In this document: piece after piece, positions 1-13,180 of the stretch
Layout: the number at the start of each line of letters is the position of its first letter
Numbering within the stretch: position 1 is the stretch's first letter
Origin: Trichosphaerium sp. ATCC 40318
Taxonomy: Eukaryota; Protista; Tubulinea
Assembly (NCBI GenBank): GCA_038496445.1
Contig: JALMLS010000344.1
Coordinates: 310,001 to 374,000 of the forward strand
Length of the DNA stretch: 64,000 nt
Direction of reading: 5' to 3'
The notes under the pieces: generated by a model
What the model was told of the DNA's origin: nothing
Databases searched by the model: none
The model's input: only the letters and a program-made list of their open reading frames with translations
Translations under genes and position numbers: made by a program

Positions 1-3000
1 TTTTCGAAATACAATAGAGAGAAACATTTATACATACCTTAAAAGTGTCGACACTCTCGGATAGTAATTTCAAAAATGACACTTTTCGCTTTGCTGTGTC
101 CTTTAACCACCAATCACGTAATAGCCGTCTGCTAACGTTTTTGACGATTGACAAGAAACAAATAAGCCAGTTACGCTTCTCAACTTGATCACGGTTGTTG
201 AATATGAGACTGGTGCTGTTGTCGAGTACAATCAAAATAAATGGGAAATAAATTTGAGCAATGCGTTCAACCATCTTTATCTCTATGTAACGTGGATCAT
301 GCGCATGTTTCCAAAACAATTTTCTGATGAGAACAATGAGACAACCAATAAAGTAATAATTGAGTCAGTACCTTAGCAAATCAAGACCATAAGAGCGTCC
401 GGCAGTCGAATGAATAGAATTCTTAATTTCAGCCAGGATTACACCTGCCAAAAAGTGGAATTTGTGAAACGACGCAGCAAGGTTCACAATCTCACTAATC
501 ATTCCATTTACTGGGTAATTTAATGGAATATAGTGCTCATAACTGGCCAGAATATCAAGGAATCTAACTCAAGTCAACTCACTAGCAAGAAATAATCTGA
601 ATATTCACGTACACAAACTTCATATGTATACAGTTTATCTCCTTCTTAGATGAATCCAAGCTCGTTAGGTATACGTGTATCATATGAAATACTAATGAAT
701 ATGTAAGAATTTCAATACTCGTAACACCTTCGCTAATACTAACCTTCACCACGATCAAGAATTGAAAGTGCATCACGTAAGAAAAACGCCATATTAATAT
801 TCATGTGCTTAGCCAGCGTCAAGTGATCACGTGCCATTTTGCTTGACTAAAGATTTTGTTGTGAGTATCATTGATTTTTAGTCAAAGGTATTTTGTGTAC
901 CTGACGCGCAATACCTTCAATCAATTTCAAGATAGAGTCATACATTCCTTTCTCGAAACGTTTGGTTCTATCAAAATCTTGTAATAAATTTTTCTGAAAA
1001 AAACTAGTTAGTTTTCATCTCTACAACTGCAGCCGTACATCATCAAGGTGTAACACCATAGATTTATAAATAACGCCAAATAAGAACCATGAGTATTTAA
1101 ATAGCTCCAAGCGCTTCTTATTAGTACCCTATTAAGAAACAACAAAGTTAGTAAAGCAAAGACAAGAGATATATTTCAATAGGATTCTGAATTAACGTAC
1201 AACGCAGTTTAGCCAGTGTTGAATGAGGGCATGACATGTGACGCGCTTATCTCCAGTGTAATTTTTAAAAGCATACATAATATAAGACTCTAACAGGGAG
1301 TACTCAATCGTAAGCTCGGAAACAACCTCAAGAACATCTACATAATTAATGAGCGAAAGAATTTTGTAAATGTCGTTAGAACGGACCAAATAGAACATAA
1401 AATGCCTCTTTAGCAACTTCAGTTGACTCATCAGATATTATACGAAGCAATATGTTTAATAAGATAGGAAAGTTGGCAACAATAACTGTGGAATCTTCAA
1501 CATTAGCCAAATTTTTAATAGCCTATAAAAAAAATTTAATCTACAAACATTTTTAATAGGATTGTACCTCAACACTCGTATCACCCTCAGCTGCCCAAGA
1601 CGTATAAAACGTCTGTAGAACCGAATCTTGTGTATAAACAGTTGATAGTGTCCTTACTCCGTATGTGAAGACAGCTTTTTGATTATCCACCCAACGAATA
1701 GTCTCTTGCATATCAGGACTAAAAATAAATTAAAAACGTAAAGCTATGTGGTATTGACGTACTTAGAATAATTACTTGGTAACTCCATAGCCACAGGAAC
1801 ACTATATGTACCATCTTTTACAACATGGTTGCTCTCAAAAAGAGGTATTGTACAACGTGCCAACATAACCTTATTGGAAAAAAAAGTAAGTCAAAATAAA
1901 AGCTTAAAGTAATCCCCTTTTGGTTGTATCTTACCTCTGGTTTATTATCTTTGATCTTTTTAGCTTGGCATGTAACTTGATAGAATGTAACCAATAGATG
2001 ATGTTGCTTTGAGAGGTAAGGTGGAAGCTTAATTTTTACTTCATCAAAGAAATGTGGTCTACGAGCATGATAAAACACGTTTGTTCTTGCTTTATCAGTG
2101 AACGATCCATCCATCCATGACCCGTATATTGTAGGTAATCCTTCTTTATCAGGATCCTTATCACTAAGCACAGTTTAGACATTTTACAACGGAGAAAAAA
2201 ACCAATCTAAAAAATTGTTATATTTCGTACTCATCAAGAAGTTTTACTTCAATTGCAATATTACGCGCAGAAATTCCACCACGTGAATAATTAGTAAAGT
2301 TTATGCTCTCTGGGTAAAAAAATAGACTAAAAATACTGTTAGTACTCACCAATGTGTGTAAACTAGTTAATCGCACTTGTTTGTGAAGGATGTATTAGGA
2401 TACAAGTTCTTCATGTCAACACCATGAAACTCTGACATTTCACGAATGACATTTTCTGCTTTTTTGCTCTTTGGTTTAACAGGTATCAAACTAGTATCAA
2501 CTCTTCCGCTGACCTTCTGCTTAGCGCCAACAACGGACACCTTAAGAATAGCTTTACCAGGTATAACGTCTTTTTTCTACAAGAAAGCAATCGTCAGTAC
2601 TTTTTTTCCTGTTCTAAAAAATAGGGTGTTTACTGTACCTTGATTTCCTTTTCTGTGATTTTTTCAATCCAATTATAAATATCTTTCTCTGTTCTCGCTT
2701 TAACAAGGTTAGAGATAGTAACTTGTTCCTTTACTTTAATCTTCCCATCGCTAATAGCAGGTGAGAAACAACGCCCAAATCTGAAAATAAAGGCACTAAA
2801 CATACGTTCCAAATAACTGTAATGCTGAAAAAGCAAACGGTTGAAGAAACCCAGCCATACGTTTAACTGATTCGCGCGTCTCTGTCATAAATTTACCCTT
2901 TTCTTTTGGGGACATCTATAAATACTTATTAATAATTCTTATGAAGCGTCAACGTCTTTTGTAAGTAAAATACGTACCACAGCGTATTTATTGTATTTAC

Positions 3001-4304
3001 CGTAATGAGTTTCAAGATCACCTTTTAGCATTTTTGATAATATCACAACAAGGTAAACCTCAGATGAAGGCTCTTGAACGGAAAAAATTGCCTTCTTCGC
3101 CTTTGTATTTGCATCACATTTGGCCTGCAAGGGAAACGTGTTTAGATATTACAGACGACAAATTTGTTCTAGTGGCTCCAGACGATCTAGGGATATAGAA
3201 AAGTAGCTTACCGTGAGATCTTCTATCAGTTTAGACGAAGAATCAGAGTTCACTTCAAAGTAAAACGATTCTGAAAGTTTCTCCCTCTTCTGCATGTCAT
3301 AGATAATCATTTGACCAAAAAAAGGTTCAACATCACCAATGCCCCATTCTAAGCTCGTACATTGTACTAGTATTTTAGTGGACCTACAGAAAAAAATAAT
3401 ACGTCAGGTAGGTTACAATCACACAACAAAATACCAAAAAGTTATCGTTAAACAGAGAAAAAACAAAAAAAAATTCTAGATTACTTTTATCACATACTCT
3501 CTCTCAGTAAATGGAGATCCAGAGGTTCTGTTATCAATTACATCATGAGGACGTTCCATTGGGAAGCAATCAAACAAATTAGCGCGGTCACGTGTCTGTG
3601 AATAAAAAAAGTTAATCAAAGGCGTTATTTATAAAACCAAATGGTAAAATAAAAATCTAAATACCATTGATTTTAGTGACTCTTGCTTTGCAGTAGGACT
3701 TGGTTTCAGTAGCGCTTTGTCCAAAGGAATATCTCCTTTTTTACCTTGAGCCTTTTTTAATTCTCTCTCGTACGTTTGAGGCTATTAATACAACGTAAGA
3801 TAAAAAGAAAAGCAAACTGACAACCGTATTTAAAAACTTGTACCTCCAATTTTTGCCATGATTCTTTCAGGCCTTCGACGGACGCGTGTTTAGCGTCCTT
3901 GTGCTTCACTTGACACCAATTAGTCGAGAAGAAATCAATGCAGTCGTTAATGTATGCTAAATGCTTAGGTGTTTTTTTTAACACTTCCTTAGACTGTAAT
4001 CTGTTAGTACTACTCGGGTATGGCATCGTACGGGTGCTGTTGATTGCAGAGTGCGTTGGTTCCTTTTTAGGGTATCTACAATGATATCCCCAGTTGGCCA
4101 AGTACAAAAGGCGGCCATAGAGTCCTTTTGAAGTGCAGGCGATTGGAAAAATCCTTTTTCGTACTTAGACCATGGAAATACATCCCCGGAGCGAGAGGAT
4201 ATGCTCTTGGCGCGTGAGGCACTTTTACTGTACGTCCTCTTTTTGTTGCTCCGCGAGCTTGTACTACGCTTGGAAGCAGGCGACTTTGGTCTTGTCTTTG
4301 ACAT
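1..4304 (-). CDS. DOCK-C/D (zizimin-like) Rho-family GEF, 5' part; multi-exon, runs off the window start
   Basis: Exons encode DHR-1/C2 motifs (SARNIAIEVKL; VFYHARRPHFFDEVKIKLPPYLSKQHHLLVTFYQVTC), VEPFFGQMIIYD, AIFSVQEPSSEVYLVVILSKML and the armadillo-region FLRDALSILDRG; GT-AG introns. Confidence 0.9.
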
Positions 4305-4791
4305 GCTTCACGCCATAAGAGTTTTTTGAACAGCAATTGTTTTTGAACGAAGAACGACTCCAGTTCTGCACGGAGTTTTTTTTGGTTTATTTTACAAATG
4401 ACGCAATCAAGAAATGCTTTCCCATGTCAAAAATTAATTACAGCTGCTAGATCGCTTACGCCCTCAGGGTATGTTTCACTCAACATATTTATATTTGGAC
4501 CCAGTACTAAAAAACTAATTAACAAAAAAGCTGTTGTGACTTTTTTTAAATTATTTGTCTACGCGCGTAAACTGGGATGAGGAAAAACGTACTGGATACA
4601 GATAGTTTTACTTGTTTATCTGTTATGCGCGTAATATCGAATCCATCTTCACAAGAGAATGATTTAAACATAGGAAGAGTAGAAAAATCAAAAATAACTT
4701 TTCCTGACACGTCGTGCAATTTCGCATGTACTAAAAGGCCAGTGCGAAGGATAGTCTAAAGGAACCGTGATAAGGAAAAAATCCAATAACT

Positions 4792-6349
4792 TTAGCCAAG
4801 TATGACAGTGCGTACCCGATAGTTTTTTACAAATGCCTTCATTTTGATTTTTTGTTTGTGTACAGAAAGCCATGCTCCTATAGGACCTCTTTTGTTATTA
4901 TTCCAATCCCAATCCACAAACCTTTCTTGTTCCTTAAGAGTTAGAGGCCTTTTCTTCTTTCCACTTGTAACTAAGAAGTCTTCCATCTCTACTCCAGGAT
5001 CGAAGTTAATCGTATGTTTGTTTGGTTGTATAGGTGCTTCAATTTGCTTTGATTTTATCTTATCCCAGTCTTCCATGAAGCTAGCAAAGAAAGGATGCTT
5101 AGAAGTTTTCTCGAACGTAAAACGCTCTTCAGGATCCAAGCATAAGAGCTACACGGTATAAAAGTGAGAATTTATGAAGTATGTAAGTTGAAATCTCATA
5201 CATTTAAAATGACATCTTTCAAATCATCAGATACACCTTTAAATCTTAGTTTGGGTGAAGACCGAATGTTAGCCAATTGATCACTAAAATCACGTATCCC
5301 ATCTCCACTATAGTTGAAAGGTCTCTAAACACGTGTTATTATTGATACCAATACGAAAGGGATACCCTTCCAGTAGCCAACTCGTATAATACACAACCCA
5401 AGCTCCACCAATCTGCTGTAGCATCTATTTTTTTATTTAACTGAAGCATTAAAATAGTACTGTAATTGCTTACTTGCAGAGCTAGACATCGATAGAACTT
5501 CTGGTGCCATATAACACATCGTACCAACAGAACTATTAAATGTTTCTCCTTCTTTCAGTCGCGTGGCAACGTTAAAATCGGTTATGTAGCAATAACCCTT
5601 TAAATGGTGTTAGATTCATTAACTTGACAGAAAACCAGAAATAATATGAAAAATGACTTGGCGAAGTACCTCCGCGTCGAGAAGAATATCTTTAGTGTTA
5701 AAATAAATAAACAGAAAAAAAAAATAACAAAAAATTCAACGGTTTTGGATACTCTCAAGTTTAATGTCTCTGTGGACCACACCGCGCCCGTGCATGTAAC
5801 CAAGAGTTTGCATGAGAATGCCACCATAGAATAGTATTGCTTCTTCAGGGAAACTACTGTATTCCATCGTCTTGGTGACCGTAAGTAAAGTCGAAAAAGT
5901 TCGTTAAATAAAAAGAAGTATTTACCTCCAACAAGTGGAATCGTAGTTCTCCACCTGATAAAAAAGCCATGCGTATGCACAAAAGATACTCTGTTTGAAA
6001 AGCCTCATAAATCTTTACTACAAAAGGCCATTCCTTGTCTAAATTAGCGACAAATGAGATCAAAGTATGCGAACGCACCTGTACTAAACCTAGCAAACTG
6101 CATTCATCGACCATGCTTGCATAAGTATGCCCACTTATCACCTCTTCCTTCAATACTTCTTTTATGGCGTATATTGGCTTTGATTCGTCATCTTTGGGTA
6201 CAACAGCGCGAACCTGGACAATACTAAGTTTTTGCGTGCAAAAACGTAACGCTTACGTTCCCAAAGCTTCCTTTACCTAGACAACGCCCGACCTCGTACT
6301 GTTGATTGCCGTCAATTATTATTGCATTTTTTGAGGCACTAGAGCCCAT
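4792..6349 (-). CDS. AGC-group Ser/Thr kinase, YANK/STK32-like, with a putative N-myristoylation start (MGSSAS)
   Basis: Spliced motifs LGKGSFG, YAIK, FLSGGELRFHL, HRDIKLE/NILL, ITDFNVA (DFN as in STK32), GTMCYMAPE, ADWWSLGCVLYEL. Confidence 0.85.
5690..5752 (-). other. U12-like intron splitting the catalytic-loop Asn codon (A|AT)
   Basis: Donor GTATCCAA, TTTTAAC just upstream of the AAG acceptor; removal restores HRDIKLENILL. Confidence 0.6.
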
Positions 6350-6529
6350 GGTATATATTGCTTTACACGCTCAACAAAGCTACGCTCTTAACTACACGGC
6401 ATGCACATAACTAGAAGGTAAAAGAAGCAAATTGACAAAAAAACTTCAAAATCAAAATAGCATCAAAAACCTGGCTTAAAGTCGCGATAGAATTTACTCG
6501 ACTGCTACCGCACGCCCCGGACCTTCATT
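6350..6529. promoter_or_regulatory. Probable bidirectional promoter/5'UTR region between the two kinase genes
   Basis: Divergent ATGs at 6349 (-) and 6530 (+), 180 bp apart. Confidence 0.5.
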
Positions 6530-9283
6530 ATGGTGCATGTGAAGGTGACAGTATGCTGTGGGAGGAATCTAATGTTGGTAACCTCCCAAGGTAATTATCT
6601 TTAAATTCGTTTGCTCTAACTTGATACTCCGTGGCCGCGTAATTTACTGTAATGCAAATTATATTTATTGTTGCTTGTTTAGGTTGGAGCAACCCACATT
6701 GCCGAGTGTCACTTGGAGAGCAGACAGTAGCTGTTAAATCGCAAAAATTCGCCTCCTTACAGACAAAGACGGAAAATCCAAGTTGGCACGTTTTACCTTT
6801 CACACATTTCACGCGTTATTTGGCTGTTACACGATCGTCATCAAATTTGCTCCTTCTTTGACGTGAAATAACATTCCACAGGCAGAAGTCTTTCCAATTG
6901 GTGGACACAACTCCCAACAATGATAAGAAAGACTCCCTAAAGAGCCTTCTTGCTTCCAAAATGGCGATTGCACAACCGGAGGACTTACAAGTGCGATGGG
7001 AATTTTTTGCGTATTATTTTTTGCTAACAGTATTTTGTGCAGGTAATTGTTTTCGACTGTGACGAATATGGTGACGTACGTCAAGCTCCGAAACACGTCA
7101 ATATATTAAATTTATCTAGACACATACAATTGGCGAAACAGCAGTGCCACTATCGGGACTCATACGCGGGAAATCAATGGTAACTTTTTTTCACACAATA
7201 ATGAGATTATGTAACGTCATGCTAAAGGTGAAATGGTACACTCTAAAAAAAGGCGGTAAAGAGGCGGGAGAGATTAAATTGAGCGTTACAGCTGTAGATT
7301 TTGGAACAATAGGTTGGAACAAGGGTAGTTTTGATTTTTCTACTTACTTGTTTTTTTTTTAGACCCAGAGAAACTACCGAGCGTCGCTACTGTAAAAAAA
7401 CTAAAGAGATCGGCGGGACCTCCACCCAAGGTTAGTAATTTTTCATACTGCATCAATCAGTTTTTCGAAAAAAAAACCAATTGTTTGAACAAAGTGCTAT
7501 TGCTAGCGCTAGTACGTGATTTACCTTATTGTTGAAGTAGTTGGGTCAAATTAAAAAATCTGAAGCTCTTGTAACTAATATGGCCATTCAAGTACCTAAC
7601 ATAAAGTTTCGGTGCGTATTTCTGCGATTAAACTTGTTTTACTGCAGTTTTTGTGGTTTCTTATCTTTAATTTTACTTATTTGCATTTTAGACGGTTTGC
7701 CGAAACTAAAATACGTCGGCGAAGCGAAATCGGGTCAGGTACATTTGGTGTTGTACACAAGGGAAAGATAAAAGGCATTGAAGAAACAATTGTTATAAAA
7801 GATATGAACGTTAGTTCTCATCGTAGAATAATTGATGAATGGAAGAAGGAGGTTGAGTTAATGAAGTACGGACTTGTGGACTATTTTTTTTTCTTCCTCA
7901 CTATTCACACTCTCAATCAGGTTTACTGATTGTCGCTACGTTTGTAAAGTATATGGTTATAGTGTTACAGAACAAAAACTAACAATAATAATGGTATGTC
8001 ATTTAGAAAATTTGTATGTAGCGTAACTTGGCCACGTAAACTAGCGCACGTTTTTTAAGCACGTGGCTTGCGTTTTTGCGCTTCACGTGCGCTAGTCTTT
8101 TTGCACTTCATGCACAAAATTTTAACATATTTTTTTAGGAGTGGTGCGAGCGAGGATCGCTTTATGATGTTCTATACAAGTACGCTCAGATAGGACTGTA
8201 TTAAAACTTTGCCTTTGTAACGTGTTCCACTATATTGTATTATTCGATTTAGTGTAACTGTTGAAAAAATACTAACAATTTTTTAGCAAACCTCCAAAAC
8301 ACTTCAAGTTGTCTCTATCGAGCCTGTTCAACCCAGTAAAGGACAAAGATAAGGATATTAAGAATCTATCCATTATACAGCGACTACGGATGGCGCGACA
8401 TTGCGTCAGAGGAATGTGTTTCCTACATCAGAATGACGTTCTTCATTGTGATATTAAATCGCCCAGTATCCGAACATGCTTTTTACTTCACTTAACGTTA
8501 CTTAACATGCTTCCTTAACATGCTATTAAGACATTCTTGTATGTAAAGATTACACGTGTAAATTAGCAGATTTTGGTTGCGCAAAGGTAGTATCAGACTC
8601 ATCCCAGGATACGAGAGGTATTGGCTCTCCGTTATGGTGCAATATGCTTCATCTTTACTCGTACTAAAGATAAAAAAGGGCTGCTCCAGAGACGAAAACT
8701 AGCCAATACACATTTGCAGCAGATGTATATTCAATGTCTTTGATCTTATACGAAATTTTTGAAGGTACGCGTACTAAGTTTCCTGCACCTTGGTGTTCAC
8801 ATACAGGATAGGTACTCTTCCTCGTTGGAATAGAAAAGAAAAAATAGCTGTGGTTCCTCCTACTTTTTTGGTATGTAGAATAGTACACTCGTCGTTTGCT
8901 GGTTCTGATTGTGTTATAGGCAAAACAAGTTATAAAACCTTGTCTTGTTAAAGAACCAGATAACCGTCCCACTGCAACAGGGTTACTAAAATCCCTTGAT
9001 AAATGGGTGAACAAGATGTTAAAAGATATTATTAGTATTCTCCCAAAATCTATGTTGAATCGTGCTGGGTTATTAAATTCTCGTGGTACAGTGATAGTCC
9101 TCAGTACGAGGTTAAAGCTAATTCTTTTTTGTAGAGTTGACAACAGGTAAAAAGTTGAACAAGGTGTACAACTACCTTATCACGCGTGTGGATGATGGAC
9201 GTGTAGATGAACTGATAGCGCAGCTTCGGATAAAACCACCTGCACCACATAGATCATCAAATGGTAGACCTAAAAAATCATAA
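6530..9283 (+). CDS. C2-domain + tyrosine-kinase-like (TKL) protein kinase
   Basis: C2 motifs (VKVTVCCGRNL, SNPHCRVSL, NPSW, VFDCD, IGETAVPLSGL, WYTL..GEIKL); kinase motifs IGSGTFGVV, VIK, HCDIKSP/NILV, ADFG, GSPLWAAPE, DVYS. Confidence 0.9.
8466..8530 (+). other. U12-type (minor spliceosome) intron splitting the catalytic-loop Asn codon (A|AC)
   Basis: Donor GTATCCGA; perfect U12 branch sequence TTCCTTAAC at 8511-8519 close to the AAG acceptor; no polypyrimidine tract; removal gives HCDIKSPNILV. Confidence 0.75.
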
Positions 9284-9528
9284 TCCTAATGTTTTCTGGT
9301 TGTTTTTTTTTACCCAAAAACAAAAAAAATTGTGACCACAGGCAATTAGACACTGTACAATAAAACTAAAATCAAAGGTCAGCAGGCTGTTAATTGCAAG
9401 TCACTTGATTGCCTTTCTAAGCGCTCAGATTGGCTAGAATGTGTACCAAGATGCTACTTTGTTCGAACTAAAACTGGACAGGTTAAGTCACCGAAATGTA
9501 ACCTTTTTTCAAATGTCATGATCAGTTG

Positions 9529-11030
9529 ATGATTGCGCAAAAAGCTTGTAATTACATAAGCGTCTACTGTATGAGCCCGAAACAACTAATATTAGTATTT
9601 TGCTTAAAATGGTGTAGCATCACAAGAATTCGTTCCACAAACGCGTAAAAGATGCTTTTGCACTGTTAAAACGTACTTACGTACAAATATATTAACCTGC
9701 ATTGACGAGAGTGCTTAGACGCGTTCCTCCCGCTTACTGGAGAAGCTTGGAGCACCAGCGAACGCGATTCGATGCCATTGGAGAAAAGCTTCGAATTACA
9801 CTATTAGACGACTGGTACAATGTAAAGGTTGACGATCTACGCGCCTCTGGTGGTTGTACCATCATGTCGTACGATATAGAACAATAAACATTGGTTTCCT
9901 AACAGCTTGATATGAAGCAACTACAATGGCTCTATTTTAACAGCACTGAATAGTGTCTACCCAAAGCAAACCTGGGAGCCGTGGCGATTCCGGTACAAGT
10001 CAGCAACTAGTGGTGCAAACTGTTAACCTTTCGCGGCGTTAAGGTGGGTACCCATGGGTTACTGGGATGATCCAAAACATCACAAGGAGTGGTTTGATTA
10101 TGCATCTGCAGACTTTCGTATTCATACGCTTGACGGGTGGTATAACGTTGATACTAAAGAACCAAGTATGAAAGCAGGAAGAAGTATCATTTCACGGTAA
10201 GAATTTTTTCTCATTTTTTTATTGCTTTTTCTTCTGACTAGTGGTAGGTATAAGAGTTCTTTACCTAGAACTCTTAAGCACTTGTACCCAAAATACAATT
10301 GGCAACAATGGAGATTTAAAACGTACGTTACTAGTTGTGGATAGAAAGACACTAATTTTTTTGTGTTGTAGGCCTTCAAGAGAACTTCTTTCTTCTCAGC
10401 GAAAAATTTTTACACGTGTTGGAAAATCACTTGGTTTCACCTCTATGAATGACTGGTATAATGTGGATAGATTGGAAGTGATTAAAAAAGGTGGTGGAAC
10501 TGTCTTAAGCGAGTACGTTAAAATACTCTGACCGATGATATTTTTTTATTGATATTTATTCAAAGCTATGGTGACTCTTTACCAGAAGCACTTACTGTTG
10601 TTTTTCCTGAATGCGAATGGCAAAAATGGAAGTTCAAGTACGTGCAAAGCCGCATTGATCGTTGTATAGAGCTATAATAACTTCTTGTAACCGTTGTTTA
10701 GACGTAGAAACTTTTGGGACAAAATGCAACAATTCGTTTTGAGAGCCGAAAGAAAGTATAGTATACAATCACCCGAGGACTGGAGACGATTATCTTATAA
10801 CCAACTTCGTACTATAGGACCTCAGTGGGTTCATATAGACCACGCTTTTTCTGTTTATTATCCACACCAAGTATTCCCAAATGGACACACAAAAGCAATT
10901 CAAAAGTAAGTTGTCTTTTCTTGAAAAAAATGACTCTAACTAATTATCCTCAGCACTTTGTTGGCTTATTCGCGTCGCATGTTCCCAGATAAAAAGCTTT
11001 TAGGTTTTGTGCGCTTACCTAAAAGTTGAC
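9529..11030 (+). CDS. Uncharacterised tandem-repeat protein (~70-aa repeats, YW...FD...DDWYNV...GG...YP...W..W.F), possibly mitochondrion-targeted
   Basis: Three to four repeat copies across exons (LLDDWYNV, TLDGWYNV, SMNDWYNV, SPEDWRRL); N-terminal RKRCFCT; ends approximate. Confidence 0.7.
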
Positions 11031-11575
11031 CATTGTATGAGACCATTGCTGTTGAGGCATTGATGGTACTGGAAATTACTCGTACTGTGTAGTAGCCTTG
11101 ACAACTGTGAAACAAAGCTTGCCAGCATTACGCTCACTAGCTACTATCCTTTTGTTAAACGCACACTGTGCAGGATTCATACTCATACAAAAATGCAATG
11201 AAGAAGTTATTAGTTTACAAGAAAGTTAAGCTTCCTTTTCTGGCAGTTATGTAAAAAAGAAAACAAAGTCAAGTATTTGTATTAAAGTCGCGTACTAAAA
11301 CACATGGTCATGTTTACGATATGTAGCAATAATTGCTGGTCCATTAGGACAAATGGTAAATTGTAGCCCTTTTACGCATACATACCGCCACCTAATGGCG
11401 TAAAAATTGGTTTAATAGCAATTTAAAATGAAGTGTCGGAGAATTAATACATACGTACCAGTGATTTAATACTAGGTACGTAGTTGCATTTTGATGGAGT
11501 GTCAAACTATTTTTGCGCCTTTTTTTGTTGGTATTTTTATTTATTGGTCAATTGGTACACTGACAGCAACCACCA

Positions 11576-13051
11576 ATGAGTTTCGTAGGAAAGTTATGGC
11601 ACTGGGAAGCAGAATTGCCAGATGATGTAGTTGAATTAAAAAAGCTTGTTACAAAATACCAGAAAGAAGCGCGAGAGGTTCGCAATGAATTGGAAAGCGC
11701 CAAAGAAACATCAGAGGCTCATAAAGAAGAACTTTTATTGATTAAAAAACAAATGAAGCGTAAAAGCGGTTCAAAAACAGACGAAGACGAGTTAACAATA
11801 CGCTACGACGATTACTTGAAGCTAAAAGACAAATTTGTATCATTACGCCAATATACAACAAGAATCAAGCAAGAGAAGGAAACAATAGCCAATGTACGTA
11901 ATATAGAGCCCACTTGCAGCGTCTTTTCTAAAATCAATGCGTTAACGACTCACAGATCGCTTTTAACAAAAAGTAGGAATTCAATGCTCAAATGGAGCTC
12001 TACCAAGAGAAAAACACAACGCTGAAAAGACACATCAAAAAATTAAAGTCGATTATGGCAAAGGTAAAAGAAGAAAATTACACACTTCGTGCGGAGATTC
12101 CTTCTTCTTCTCAAGAGACTGGCCATCATGGAGGTAATGAGCCTCAGTATGATATTGCAGTTACAGAGGAACTTGCTAAAGAGAATATGAAGCTTCAGAG
12201 ACAACACCAAATAGATGATGAAGCGTTAACACAAATACAAGAAGAATTAAAAGGTAACGAAAAAAATCACGTGACAATTTTTCTTTTGAAAATTTTTTTG
12301 TTCTATGAGCTTTAGGCTTAAATTTCTCGTAGAGTTTAGAATTGTAGAAAATGAACGCGATGAACTCAATTTAGCAAACAAGCAAGTACGCTCTTTTGTG
12401 ATTTTTTGTATTGATTGTAATGACATATTTGTTTCAGCTAATGGATGAAAATGCTGTTCTACAAGAATCACTGCATACAATGTGTCGTAAAGTTGAGAGT
12501 TTAACAGTCACATTGGACGAAACTCAAGCATTGAATACAAGTGCAAACGATGAAGTTATAGAACCAAAGGAGCAAAAGAAGCTCACAAAGGTAGAAAGAT
12601 AAAGATGCGAAATGACTTACTGCATGTAGAAAATTATTGCTCAATTCGAGTTACCTGAAGATGAAGTAGTATTCAATTGGTATACTTGTGGCACCGCTTA
12701 TGTATACCTTACAACAACATATATGTGTTACCAGTCTGTCATTCTTGGTGAAAACAGAGCAATTAGATATGACAGTATTTCATCGGTAAACAAGGTACTA
12801 ACTTAATGTTCACCTTTTTTTCTTAACTTTGAACGCAGAAACGATCTAGATTTTTACTCAACTCCATTGAGATACGACTAATAAGTGGTGAAGTTATTGT
12901 TTTAAGGGTACACCAAAAATACTTTGTAGTCTCGCTGACTTGTTTCAAGGGATTTCTTGTAAGTCAAAAAAAATTTGTAAAGAAACTCACAGAATGTACA
13001 TCTCGATCTGGAACGCGTATAGTTGTTTACACCAATGGAAAAGAATTGTAA
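11576..13051 (+). CDS. Coiled-coil protein with a C-terminal GRAM/PH-like domain
   Basis: Heptad-rich exons, then FELPEDEVVFNWYTC..YVYLTTTYMCY..IRYDSISSVNK..NSIEI. Confidence 0.75.
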
Positions 13052-13180
13052 AAACCGAACTTTTCAAATTGTATAATAAAACAAAGCGTGTCATGCTTCC
13101 TTTTTTTCTAACACCCGCACTTGATAATGAAAACAAAGTCGAAGTATTAAAGTACAAGTATTTTTTTTATTTATGTTTTT

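Noticed and set aside
5325-5365. Third GTATCC-starting intron (GTATCCCT) in the STK32-like gene
   Set aside because: Only 41 nt and no CCTTAAC-like branch site; cannot be distinguished from a U2 intron
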